Shown: piece by piece, positions 18,480 to 32,761 of the stretch
Layout of the letters: the number at the start of each line of letters is the position of its first letter
Position numbering within the stretch: position 1 is the first letter of the stretch
Assembly: GCA_963770565.1 (NCBI GenBank)
Contig: CAVYQE010000002.1
Coordinates: 768,001 to 832,000, forward strand
Origin: an uncultured Actinomycetota bacterium
GTDB taxonomy: Bacteria; Actinomycetota; Actinomycetes; JAFAQI01
DNA: 64,000 nucleotides
Reading direction: 5' to 3'
Position numbers and translations under genes: made by a program
Notes under the pieces: generated by a model
Databases searched by the model: none
Seen by the model: the letters and a program-made list of their open reading frames with translations, nothing else
What the model was told of the DNA's origin: nothing

Positions 18480-21179
18480 CTAGCGGCTGATGCCGTATCC
18501 GCAGTCTGGTTCGGGTGCGTGTTGCCGGTACGGGTCGCGCTCGCGATCGAGTCCGGTGCCCCGGCGAACCGGGCCGGGCATCCATCGCATCTCGGTTCGG
18601 GTCGGGCGGTGAACGACCGCTGCGTCTGGAAGTCGGGTGTGTGCAGCTGCGGTGTCACCCGTGGTGGCGAGGATCCGCTCGAGCTGGTCGGTCGGGTTGA
18701 TGGGCCGACGCTGCCAATCACGTGGGGTGATCTCGGGGTCGGGTTCGCCGGCAAGGTAGATGTGGTTGGTTTCGCGACCGCGGCTCATCGCGACGTAGAG
18801 CCGGGTCCGGTCCAGCCCGGGTCGGGCGAGGGTCAGCGAGTGGTCGGCGGTGCCGCCTTGAGCGGTGTCGATGGTCGACGCCCACCCGTAGGTCGCATGG
18901 TCGCTCATATAGTCATGCGGCAGGACGGCGAGCTCGGGTCCGTCGAGGCGCTGCACGGTCAGCCCCGCGTCGGTGCGGCCGGTGACGGTGAAGATGTCAC
19001 CGTTGCGCAGATGGTCGGCACCGACCGGGATCCGGCGGTTGTTTCGGGTGACGCGCAGCCGGTCACCGACCCGCCAATCGTGGTCGCCGGCGGTGAGCAG
19101 CGGTTCGCCGCGGACTTCTCCTATAGATATGGCGTGGTGGCGGGCGCGGGTGTTGAGCGCCTCGACGTCGTCGTGGGTGCGGGCGAGCAGCAGCACCCGG
19201 CCGCCCCGCACACTCAGCCGCCGGTAGTGGGTGAGGACCGTGTCGTAGGGGTCAGCGTCTAGCGCGATGGGGTGGACGCGGTCGTGGTCGAGGTAGTCGG
19301 GGATGCAGGCCGGGTTCCCGACCCGCAGCTGCAATGAGGCGGCGCGCTCCCAGACGCGCCCGATGCGGTGCACCACTGCCAGCGACGGCGCGCCGAGCCG
19401 GTTGGCCAGCGCCGGCAGCATGCCGCCGGCGGCGTCGATCGCGGTGATCTGCGCCGGGTCGCCGACCAGCAGCAGCTTCCCGCCCACCGCCGCCACCTGC
19501 CGGGTGATCGCGTGCAGGTCGGCAGTGGCGAGCATCGACGCCTCGTCGACGATCAGCACCCCGCCGCGGCGGAGCCGATAGGCCGGGTCGACCGGCCAGT
19601 GCTGCTGTTCGTGCAGGTACTTCGCGACGGTATCGGCGGCCATCCCGGTCGCAGCATTGAGTTCTCTCGCGGCCCGGGCGGACGGCGCCAACCCCATCAC
19701 CTGACGGCCCGACGCCGCCCAGGCGAGCACGGCCGCCTCGATCGTGGTGGTCTTTCCGGTGCCGGCCGGCGCGACCAGCACACCGAGCTGGTCACCGCTT
19801 CGGGTCAACACGTTCACGGCCGAGGTTTGGGTCGGATCCAACCCGGCCCGCGCGCAGGCATCCCGCACCACTGTGCTCGGGCAGATCGCCGTCCCGCTGC
19901 GACGTCCGGCGTCAGCGAACTCGAGAATCTCAAGCTCCTCGCCAAGCGTGGCCGCGGAGGCGTAACGGGCGTCGGAACTGCGGACCGGGCCATCCCGCTC
20001 CGGTGTGAGAGTCACCGCTTCACTGGTTCGCAGCGCGTCGTCGGTGAGCCGCTCCACCCAGTCCCGAACAGCGTCAGCTTTCAGTCCGGCGGCGGGGAGG
20101 CGGGCTGCGACCTCGACCGCCAGATCCGACCGGCTGAACACCGCCCTGCGGGCACCGGCCGCCATCACCGCCTCGATCAGTAGCCCGTCGATGTCCGACT
20201 GGTCGAACCGAGCGTGATCGCCCACCGCCATATCGACCGCATCCCGAAGCCGGTGCGGGGTCCAGCCCAGTGCAGCGGCTTCGGCATGCCAACGCTCAGT
20301 CAGGCTGATGATGTCCACCTGCTCCTTGTCCGGCCGGGTCTTGATCACCGCGACCTTCACCACCGCGGTGCGTTCCGCGGAGGTCAGCGGCCGGCCCAGC
20401 TCCGCCTCATACGCCGCGATCACCGGCTCGGCGTCAGCCAGCGTCTGCGCGGTGCGGGCCGACCAGCGTGTCATCAGCCCGGTCGGGACACCGGCGATCT
20501 CGGCCTGCCCGTCCTTGCTCACCTCGGTCCAGCCGACGCCGAGCCGGCGAGTCAGCTCAGCACGCAGCGCGGCCTGGTAGATCGCGCCGGCGGACTTCTT
20601 GTGGGCGTAGACCTCATGGCCGTCCACCGTCCGCCAGCCGCCGTCGGCGCATGCGAGCTTGTTCAGCACCAGCGCGTGCGTGTGCAGCTGCGGATCACCC
20701 GCCCGTGACGTGCGGTGGTCGAATACCGCCGCCGCAAACCCTTCCGTGTCGACCTGAGTCAGCCCGTCCCGGCCAACCCGCGAGAACGCAGCGTGAGTGT
20801 CCAGGTAGTCCAACCCGGCCCGCACCGCCGCCGCATGCGCAGCCGTCACCAGCGCAGCGACATCGCCACCGCCCAGCGCCCACAACGTGGACACCGACTT
20901 CGGGGCGGAGAAGCACAGGTCGTAGCCAGTCACCCCGTCCGAGCGCCACCCCCGCCCCAGCTGGAACCGACCGACCGGATGCAGCGCCCGGCCGAACGTC
21001 GCCTCCAACTGCCACTCCCGCACGTGGCCGCCGACATCGAGACCTAGCTGTACAACACCCCGGCCGTACCAACGTCCCGGTGCCTCACCGACACCAAGGA
21101 AGTACTCACACGCCCCGTGCCCGACCTGGTTCGCGTAGTAGCGCCACGACCCGCACCGGATCTTCGCCGTCGACAACAT
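18480..21179 (-). CDS. MobF (TrwC-type) relaxase fused to RecD-like SF1B helicase
   Basis: RYY...EY..GEAPGRW, YDLCFSAPKSVS, HRTSRAGDPQLHTH (HUH), APAGTGKTT, VDEASM, VGDPAQ, YVAMSRGR. Confidence 0.93.
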   Translation of the reverse strand: MLSTAKIRCGSWRYYANQVGHGACEYFLGVGEAPGRWYGRGVVQLGLDVGGHVREWQLEATFGRALHPVGRFQLGRGWRSDGVTGYDLCFSAPKSVSTLWALGGGDVAALVTAAHAAAVRAGLDYLDTHAAFSRVGRDGLTQVDTEGFAAAVFDHRTSRAGDPQLHTHALVLNKLACADGGWRTVDGHEVYAHKKSAGAIYQAALRAELTRRLGVGWTEVSKDGQAEIAGVPTGLMTRWSARTAQTLADAEPVIAAYEAELGRPLTSAERTAVVKVAVIKTRPDKEQVDIISLTERWHAEAAALGWTPHRLRDAVDMAVGDHARFDQSDIDGLLIEAVMAAGARRAVFSRSDLAVEVAARLPAAGLKADAVRDWVERLTDDALRTSEAVTLTPERDGPVRSSDARYASAATLGEELEILEFADAGRRSGTAICPSTVVRDACARAGLDPTQTSAVNVLTRSGDQLGVLVAPAGTGKTTTIEAAVLAWAASGRQVMGLAPSARAARELNAATGMAADTVAKYLHEQQHWPVDPAYRLRRGGVLIVDEASMLATADLHAITRQVAAVGGKLLLVGDPAQITAIDAAGGMLPALANRLGAPSLAVVHRIGRVWERAASLQLRVGNPACIPDYLDHDRVHPIALDADPYDTVLTHYRRLSVRGGRVLLLARTHDDVEALNTRARHHAISIGEVRGEPLLTAGDHDWRVGDRLRVTRNNRRIPVGADHLRNGDIFTVTGRTDAGLTVQRLDGPELAVLPHDYMSDHATYGWASTIDTAQGGTADHSLTLARPGLDRTRLYVAMSRGRETNHIYLAGEPDPEITPRDWQRRPINPTDQLERILATTGDTAAAHTRLPDAAVVHRPTRTEMRWMPGPVRRGTGLDRERDPYRQHAPEPDCGYGISR

Positions 21180-21399
21180 GAGCCGCACCGTACGCATCCC
21201 CGATGCACATGTCTGCCGGGATTGTGGGGCGGGGGTTGAAGGTCGGAGAGTGGGAGCGGATGCGACGGAAAGTGCTGGTAACTAAAGGATTCTGGCGGTC
21301 GGCAGAGGTGCTGTTGGCGTGGTCGGACCGGACGAGTTGAGAAATTTGCGCGCGGTCGGGCGTGTCGTGGGCTCGATTCCCCGGCGGCGCGCCGTCTTG

Positions 21400-21807
21400 C
21401 TACGGGTGGAGGGTGAAGGCGTCGATGTGCTGCGGCTTGACCACGGTGAAGTGCCGGTGGTCCAGGGTCGCGATGTCCGTCTCGCCGAATCGTTCGGCCA
21501 ACGCGATCACGGTCGCGTCGGTCGTCCCGAGCCCGAGGTCGGCGTAGGTGTCGACCAGGTCCGCGGCGCGGAGCAGGTCGACGGTCGTCGGCGACTCGAC
21601 CTGGTACCGGTCGGTCGTCAACGATCGCAGGAACGCAGACTCGACTGCGGCCCCGAGTTCGCGAGCGATCAGGTAGGCGGTCTCGGCGATCACTAGCGCC
21701 GCCACGATCGCCGTACCGGTCAAGGTCTCCAGCAGGAGGCGCGAGGCTTCGTGATCCGGGTCATCGCGGTTTGCGGCCGCGACGAACACGCCGGTGTCGA
21801 CGATCAC
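21400..21807 (-). CDS. vapC: VapC PIN-domain toxin
   Basis: IVDTGVF, IAETAY, TDATVIALAE, TLDHRHF acidic PIN tetrad. Confidence 0.9.
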   Translation of the reverse strand: MIVDTGVFVAAANRDDPDHEASRLLLETLTGTAIVAALVIAETAYLIARELGAAVESAFLRSLTTDRYQVESPTTVDLLRAADLVDTYADLGLGTTDATVIALAERFGETDIATLDHRHFTVVKPQHIDAFTLHP

Positions 21808-22022
21808 TACTCGCGACCGAAACCCTCAGCCAGGTGCTCGTCGACGTCGCGTCCGCGCAGTCGGGTTGACGACCCGGCGCCCACAAACTCATATGGGTCC
21901 TGCGCCAACAGACGAAGCACCGCGTCCTTCGCCAGATCCTCTGGGCTGACACCCGCTCGCTCTGCTCGTTCCCTAAGCCGCGACAGTGTCGCGTCGTCGA
22001 GATCGAGGTGCATCGCGGTCAT
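21807..22022 (-). CDS. vapB: VapB-like ribbon-helix-helix antitoxin
   Basis: 71 aa, MTAMHLDLDDATLSRLRERAERAGVSPEDL; stop overlaps vapC start. Confidence 0.8.
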   Translation of the reverse strand: MTAMHLDLDDATLSRLRERAERAGVSPEDLAKDAVLRLLAQDPYEFVGAGSSTRLRGRDVDEHLAEGFGRE

Positions 22023-22056
22023 GGTCAAAGTGTAGGTCCGAGCGTGTCTACCGTCT

Positions 22057-22761
22057 CTACCTGCGATCCCGCTTGGTCCTCGCAACCGTCTTCTTTGCTG
22101 GGCGGAGCATGTACTCCGAGTCGTTGGCCTTCTCCGCGACATAGCCGCGGATCCCGACCTGGCGGAGGTGGTCGAAGAAGCGGCCCATCTCCTCCGCGGC
22201 CTGGTCGAGCCGGTCGGCGTGGGAGTCGAGCATCGCGAGCAGCAGCTCTTTGCGGCGGGTTGGGTAGTCCAGCAGCGTCCGTTCCGTCGGGCCGCCGTAG
22301 ACCCTTTCGAGGACGAGGTCGGACTCGTCGGGCTCGACGTGCCCGAGCTCGGCGAACCGCTCCCGCAGGTACTCGAGCTGGTCGTTGCGGCCCATCGCGA
22401 GCAGGTACAGCTCGTTCACCCGGTCCCCGGTGCCTTGCAGGTTGCGGTGGTCCCCCGGCGGTGGGATGAAGAACCACACCAAGGGCAGGTCGAACCCGCA
22501 CGCGAACGCGAGCAGCTCCTGCGCGTCGAACTCCCGGCGTTTCGCACCGCCGTAGGCGCCCTCGATCCCGGAGACCGCGGCCTGCTTCAGCCGGACGCCG
22601 AGGAACGGGGCGAGCCGGTCCGCGGCCTCGTCCTGGGTCAGACCCCGGAGCTCACGAGCGCGGCGGAAGTTGTAGGCGACGATCTCGTTGAGGTTCACCC
22701 CGTCCCGGGTCGGCCGTGCCAGTCCGTCCTGGTCGGTCTCAGTACGTCTGCCGCGTGCCAC
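22057..22761 (-). CDS. XRE-family HTH repressor of the element
   Basis: NFRRARELRGLTQDEAADRL...VSGIE HTH; divergent from xis-int. Confidence 0.8.
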   Translation of the reverse strand: MARGRRTETDQDGLARPTRDGVNLNEIVAYNFRRARELRGLTQDEAADRLAPFLGVRLKQAAVSGIEGAYGGAKRREFDAQELLAFACGFDLPLVWFFIPPPGDHRNLQGTGDRVNELYLLAMGRNDQLEYLRERFAELGHVEPDESDLVLERVYGGPTERTLLDYPTRRKELLLAMLDSHADRLDQAAEEMGRFFDHLRQVGIRGYVAEKANDSEYMLRPAKKTVARTKRDRR

Positions 22762-22781
22762 CAGAGCAACCTACACCCGCC

Positions 22782-22852
22782 GCAAGTGATACAGCGACTT
22801 GCCACGGTCGATATTCGGCGTATGGTCACAGGCAATACCTGCATTGCTTGCC
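22782..22852. promoter_or_regulatory. Divergent xre/xis control region with GCAA-N12/13-TTGC inverted repeats (putative operators)
   Basis: GCAAGT 22782-22787/ACTTGC 22797-22802; GGCAA 22831-22835/TTGCC 22848-22852. Confidence 0.45.
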
Positions 22853-22887
22853 GGTGATGTCCGGCAGCCGGCTGGAAGGAGCCTGCC

Positions 22888-23103
22888 GTGTCCCTGCTGA
22901 CCGTCGACGAAGCCGCTGAGCGGCTGTCCACCAAGCCCCGGTTCATCCGCCGGCTGATCGCCGAAAAGCGGATTCCGTACGTCAAGCTCGGCAGCCACGT
23001 CCGAATCGACAGCACGGACCTCGATGCGTTTATCGCCGCCGGACGGGTTCAGCCACCGGCTCGACAGCTCAGCCTCGGTTATCCACAACCTGCCCGTCGG
23101 TAG
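22888..23103 (+). CDS. xis: Excisionase (HTH_17 family)
   Basis: LLTVDEAAERL...IRRLIAEKRIPYVKLGSHVRI; GAAGGAG RBS; upstream of int. Confidence 0.88.
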   Translation: MSLLTVDEAAERLSTKPRFIRRLIAEKRIPYVKLGSHVRIDSTDLDAFIAAGRVQPPARQLSLGYPQPARR

Positions 23104-23142
23104 CCCACTGCTGTCGGCTCCCCGCCTTCACTGAACGTTGTC

Positions 23143-24303
23143 ATGACCAGACGGGACTTCGGAAGCGTCCGCCGGCTGCCCAGCGGCCGCTGGCAGGCCC
23201 GCTTCCGCGATCCGACCGGTCACCTTCACACCAAGACATTCGTCACTCGCGGCGACGCCTCCCGATTCCTAGCCAACGCCCGGGTCGACATCAGCCGAGG
23301 CGACTGGTTCGATCCGACCAGCGGCCAGCAGCGCCTCGAGGACTTCGCGACATCGTGGATCTCGACCCGCAGGGTCCGTGGGCGTCCGATCACACCGCGG
23401 ACCCGCGAGCGCTACGAGAGCATCCTTCGCACCCACATCACCCCAGCACTCGGCCCTGTGGCGCTTCGCGACCTCGACCCGGCGCGGGTGCGGCGCTGGT
23501 ACGCGGCATTAGACAGCCAGGACAAGCCCGGGCCGGCGACAGTCGCGAAGTGCTACAGGCTGCTGCACGCGATCTGCAATACCGCCGTCGTCGAAGGTGA
23601 GATTCCACGCAACCCGTGCCTGATCCCGGGTGCAAGCGCCGAAGGTAGTCCCGAGCGACCGATCGCGACGCTCGCGCAGGTCTACGCCCTCGCCGATGCG
23701 GTCGGCGCCAGATGGCGGGCGATGGTGCTGCTCGCGACCTTCTGCGGGCTGCGCTTCGGGGAGCTCGCCGCGCTGACCCGTGAGCGGCTCGATCTGGTCC
23801 ACGCGACCGTGACGATCACCGAGGACCTTGACGAGATCGGCGGCCGGCTCCAGCGCGGTGACGTCAAGTCCGCGGCCAGCCGCCGCAGCGTCGCAATCCC
23901 CGCCGTGATCTTGCCCGACCTCCAAACGCACCTGACCAGCTACGCCGAGCCAGGGCCACGCGGCCTGGTCTTCGTCGGCACCCGCGGCGGGCAGTTGCGG
24001 CGCGGCAACTTCCGGCGCTCGGTCTGGCAGCCCGCCGCCGACGCGGTTGGGGTCCCCGGGCTGCGCTTTCACGACCTGCGCCACACCGGAAACACCCTCG
24101 CCGCAGCCACCGGCGCCAGCACCCGCGAGCTGATGGTCCGGATGGGACATGCCAGCAGCCGAGCCGCGCTGATCTACCAACACGCCACTCGCGACCGCGA
24201 CGCCGCGATCGCCGCCGCGCTGAGCGATCTGGTCACCGGTGCCCGCAGCACCGACCGCCCGGGCGCGGTCCCGATCCTGCGCAAGGCCGCCGAGGCCGAG
24301 TAG
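23143..24303 (+). CDS. int: Tyrosine recombinase/integrase
   Basis: FGSVRRLPSGRWQARF arm-binding N-terminus; GLRFGEL (R), K, HDLRHT (HxxR), MGH, LIYQH (Y). Confidence 0.95.
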   Translation: MTRRDFGSVRRLPSGRWQARFRDPTGHLHTKTFVTRGDASRFLANARVDISRGDWFDPTSGQQRLEDFATSWISTRRVRGRPITPRTRERYESILRTHITPALGPVALRDLDPARVRRWYAALDSQDKPGPATVAKCYRLLHAICNTAVVEGEIPRNPCLIPGASAEGSPERPIATLAQVYALADAVGARWRAMVLLATFCGLRFGELAALTRERLDLVHATVTITEDLDEIGGRLQRGDVKSAASRRSVAIPAVILPDLQTHLTSYAEPGPRGLVFVGTRGGQLRRGNFRRSVWQPAADAVGVPGLRFHDLRHTGNTLAAATGASTRELMVRMGHASSRAALIYQHATRDRDAAIAAALSDLVTGARSTDRPGAVPILRKAAEAE

Positions 24304-24348
24304 TTCGCCCTCTCGGGACGACCTTGCAATCTTGAAAAGCCATGATCA

Positions 24349-24387
24349 CGTGCCATTCGCGTGCCACAACGTGCCACAACGTGCCAC
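24349..24387 (+). repeat. Integrase arm-type repeats CGTGCCA x4
   Basis: Copies at 24349, 24360, 24370, 24380 (10-11 bp period) between int and tRNA-Ala. Confidence 0.8.
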
Positions 24388-24483
24388 TAGAAACGGACAT
24401 TAGAGGACACCCGCGGGGTGCCTCGGTGATCATCGGTCAGTAGGCCCACAGGCCGCTGAACTGCCATTTTATCTGATTTTCGG

Positions 24484-24559
24484 TGGTGGAGACGAGGGGA
24501 ATCGAACCCCTAACCTCCGCCTTGCAAAGGCGGCGCTCTGCCAATTGAGCTACGTCCCC
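24484..24559 (-). tRNA. tRNA-Ala(TGC)
   Basis: GGGGACGTAGCTCAATTGGCAGAGCGCCGCCTTTGCAAGGCGGAGGTTAGGGGTTCGATTCCCCTCGTCTCCACCA cloverleaf. Confidence 0.97.
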
Positions 24560-24573
24560 GCGCGGGGAACCGG

Positions 24574-24648
24574 TGGGCCTGGGAGGACTTGAACCTCCGA
24601 CCTCTTCCTTATCAGGGAAGCGCTCTAACCGAGCTGAGCTACAGGCCC
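24574..24648 (-). tRNA. tRNA-Ile(GAT)
   Basis: GGGCCTG/CAGGCCC acceptor stem, CTTCC-CTGATAA-GGAAG anticodon arm, TTCAAGT T-loop. Confidence 0.97.
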
Positions 24649-24712
24649 CGGTGGTGACGTCGTACGGCGGTGCGGGCAGCGAGCCTACCGCAGCGCGCGA
24701 GGTCTCATCAGC

Positions 24713-25302
24713 CTAGTTTCGCTCCGCCAACGTGACCTCGATGCCACCCACGATGTCGGTGCAGACGTTGTAGATGAAGGCGGTCAGGGTGGCGAACGCG
24801 GTGAACAGTACGACGTTGATCAGGCCGAGGATCGCGGCCACCAGCAACACCCGGTCGAAGGTGAGCCAGACCGCCAGACCGCCACCGGTCGGGTTGCTGC
24901 TGACGTCGACCAGGAACGAGCGCAGCGAGTCGATCACGCCCATCGCGTCGACCACGCTGTAGAGCACGATCACCGCCACCATCAGGACGATCATCCCGGC
25001 GAGGCCGTAGACGAAGGAGAACTTCAGCGTCGACCAGGGATCGATCCGCCGGACTGTCAGCCGGGCCCGCCGGCCCTTCTTGCCTTTGATCGGCGCGGTG
25101 CCAACGGTCATCGGACGCGGCGGCGCGCTGACCCCGTCCGGGACGATGGAGGAACCGGACGGTGGTGTCGGCGTGGCGGCGTCGCCAGGGGCTCGGGCTG
25201 TCTCGGGCATCACTGCGGACGTTCGAGGCATCGGGCCGGTTGTGGTGGCATCGCCCCACATCGGGACGCCGCCCAGCATCCGGGAATCACCCGAGCCGGT
25301 CG

Positions 25303-25306
<4 letters not shown>
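24713..25306 (-). CDS. DUF3566 membrane protein (Rv0007-like)
   Basis: [17 protein letters not shown]...[18 protein letters not shown]; position after gyrA. Confidence 0.88.
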
Positions 25307-27795
<2,489 letters not shown>

Positions 27796-27818
27796 GGGTG
27801 ATCTCCTGGCGGCCTTGA

Positions 27819-29906
<2,088 letters not shown>

Positions 29907-29969
29907 TCAACGCGGGTGGACATTGGTCCCCCCACGCGGGCGGGTCGCCCCAGAGGCGCTATGACGCGA

Positions 29970-30497
29970 TCAGCCGTAGGTGTCGCGCGGTCCCCGGCCG
30001 GTCACTCGAAGCGGTCCGTGCCGCCAATCGGGCGCGCTCGGACCGCGGACCCGCAGCCTAGCGACGACGTCCGGGCCGACCTCGTCGGCGATCCGCGCCA
30101 GCAGCTGGGTCGACATCATCCGCAGCTGTGTCGCCCACGCGGTCGACTCCGCCACGCAGGTCAGCTCGCCTGCCTCCAGCCGCTCGGGCCGGCAGTGCGC
30201 CGCCACGTCGGAGCCGACGATCTGCTCCCAGCGCGGCAGCAACCCGGCGGCCACCAGCGTGCGGCCCCAGTCCCGCTCCTCGACCAGTTCCTGCACGGCG
30301 TCGCCGAGTGGTTGCGGGTCGCGCTCGTCGGCGCCGGCACCACTCCAGGTCTGGTCGATCGCGGCCGCCCGGCGCGACCGGCGGACCGGTGCGGGCTTGG
30401 CCCGGCGGGCCCGGGCCAGCAACCGGCGAGCCGCGTCCTGAGAAGCCGCGGGCCGGCCGGCATCGGGTGTCGGGGGACTGCGGTCCTCAGCGGACAC
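29970..30497 (-). CDS. dciA: DciA / DUF721 replicative helicase operator
   Basis: [39 protein letters not shown]. Confidence 0.9.
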   Translation of the reverse strand: MSAEDRSPPTPDAGRPAASQDAARRLLARARRAKPAPVRRSRRAAAIDQTWSGAGADERDPQPLGDAVQELVEERDWGRTLVAAGLLPRWEQIVGSDVAAHCRPERLEAGELTCVAESTAWATQLRMMSTQLLARIADEVGPDVVARLRVRGPSAPDWRHGPLRVTGRGPRDTYG

Positions 30498-31611
30498 GGC
30501 GTACCTCGCCGGAGGCGATGTCCCAGCGCGCACCGCTGAGCTCGGCCGGCACGTCCCCGGCGACTGCCGCGGTGATCAGCACCTGCTCGGCCGGCGCGAC
30601 CAGCTCGGCCAGGGACTCCCGCCGCTGATCGTCGAGCTCGGCGAAGACGTCATCGAGCACCAGCACCGGCTCGCCGCCGTCGCTGCACAACAGGTCGTAC
30701 GCCGCCAACCGCAGCGCGAGCGCGAACGACCACGACTCGCCATGGCTCGCGTAGCCCCGCGCCGGCAGCTCGCCGAGGGACAGCACCAGGTCGTCGCGAT
30801 GCGGCCCGACCAGCGTGATCCCGCGGTCGAGCTCACGCTCGCGACTCTCGGCCAGCGCCGCGGACAGCGCGGCCGCGAGCAAGTCCCGGTCAGCGGACTC
30901 GGCGACGTCGTCGGCGAGCGAGGAGCGGTACTCGAGCAGGGCCGGTCCACCGCCGTGGCTGACCCCGCTGTAGGCCTTGTCGACCAGCGGCCGGAGCGCC
31001 GCGATCAGCTCGTGCCGCCCCGCCAGCACCGCCGCGCCGGCGGTCGCGAGGTGCGCGTCCCAGACGTCGAGCGTCCGCAGCCCGGCGCCGGCCCGGCGCG
31101 CCCCGCCGGCGCTCTTGAGCAAGGCATTGCGCTGCTTGAGCACCCGCTCGTAGTCGGCGTGGACCGCGGCGTACCGCGGCGAGCGGGCGACCAGCAGGTC
31201 GTCGAGGTAGGTCCGGCGCAGCGCGGGGTCGCCCTTGACGATGCCGAGGTCCTCGGGCGCGAAGAGCACGCTGCGCAAGACGCCGAGCACGTCGCGGGCC
31301 CTCGGCACCGCTGCGCCGTTGAGGCGGGCCCGGTTCGCTTTGCCCGAGGTGATCTCGACCTCGACGAGGGTGTCGCGCTCGTCGCGTACGACGGTGCCGC
31401 GGATGACCGCTCGGTCGGCCCCGCTGCGCACCAGCGGGGCATCGGTGGCGACCCGATGGCTCGAGAGGGTGGCGAGATAGCCGAGCGCTTCGACCAGGTT
31501 GGTCTTGCCGTGGCCGTTCGGGCCCACCAGCGCGGTGATCCCGGGCTCGAACTCCAGCTCGGCGCTCGGATAGGACCGAAAGTCGGTGACGGCCAGCGAA
31601 CGGACGAACAT
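30487..31611 (-). CDS. recF: DNA replication/repair protein RecF
   Basis: [33 protein letters not shown]; ATG at 31611. Confidence 0.96.
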   Translation of the reverse strand: MFVRSLAVTDFRSYPSAELEFEPGITALVGPNGHGKTNLVEALGYLATLSSHRVATDAPLVRSGADRAVIRGTVVRDERDTLVEVEITSGKANRARLNGAAVPRARDVLGVLRSVLFAPEDLGIVKGDPALRRTYLDDLLVARSPRYAAVHADYERVLKQRNALLKSAGGARRAGAGLRTLDVWDAHLATAGAAVLAGRHELIAALRPLVDKAYSGVSHGGGPALLEYRSSLADDVAESADRDLLAAALSAALAESRERELDRGITLVGPHRDDLVLSLGELPARGYASHGESWSFALALRLAAYDLLCSDGGEPVLVLDDVFAELDDQRRESLAELVAPAEQVLITAAVAGDVPAELSGARWDIASGEVRRVR

Positions 31612-31637
31612 CAGGGCATCACCGGCACGAGCGAGGC

Positions 31638-32585
<948 letters not shown>

Positions 32586-32657
32586 GCCAGCCTCCTGGTA
32601 GCCGCCCCGGGATCTCTACGACGTTAGTGGTCTGCCCACTCCTAACCCGGCGTGACC

Positions 32658-32760
32658 CTGCGGTGATCCGGGCGCCGGATTCGCAAGGCGGAGGAGGAGC
32701 GCGGTAGTAGACCTACCGCCGACGACGACAACGCCGCGAGCCGGTGTCCGGGCGCCGCAG
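32658..32760 (+). repeat. ~100-nt imperfect hairpin (REP/MITE-like or structured RNA) with tandem GA internal loop
   Basis: CTGCGGTG/CGCCGCAG, TCCGGGCGCCGG/CCGGTGTCCGGG, GGCG/CGCC, GAGGAG vs GACGAC, apical GCGGTAG/CTACCGC. Confidence 0.7.
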
Positions 32761-32761
32761 G

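Larger units (their letters stand above)
15341..24533. mobile_element. Integrative mobilizable element (tyrosine integrase + MobF relaxase) inserted in tRNA-Ala(TGC)
   Basis: Exact 48-bp direct repeat 15341-15388 / 24486-24533 (tRNA 3' half); int next to tRNA; xis, XRE, vapBC, relaxase; interrupts conserved ppiA-tRNA-Ala synteny. Confidence 0.93.

Noticed and set aside
24349-24387. Possible CRISPR-like array (also considered 54906-54994)
   Set aside because: Units too short or too few, no unique spacers, no cas genes
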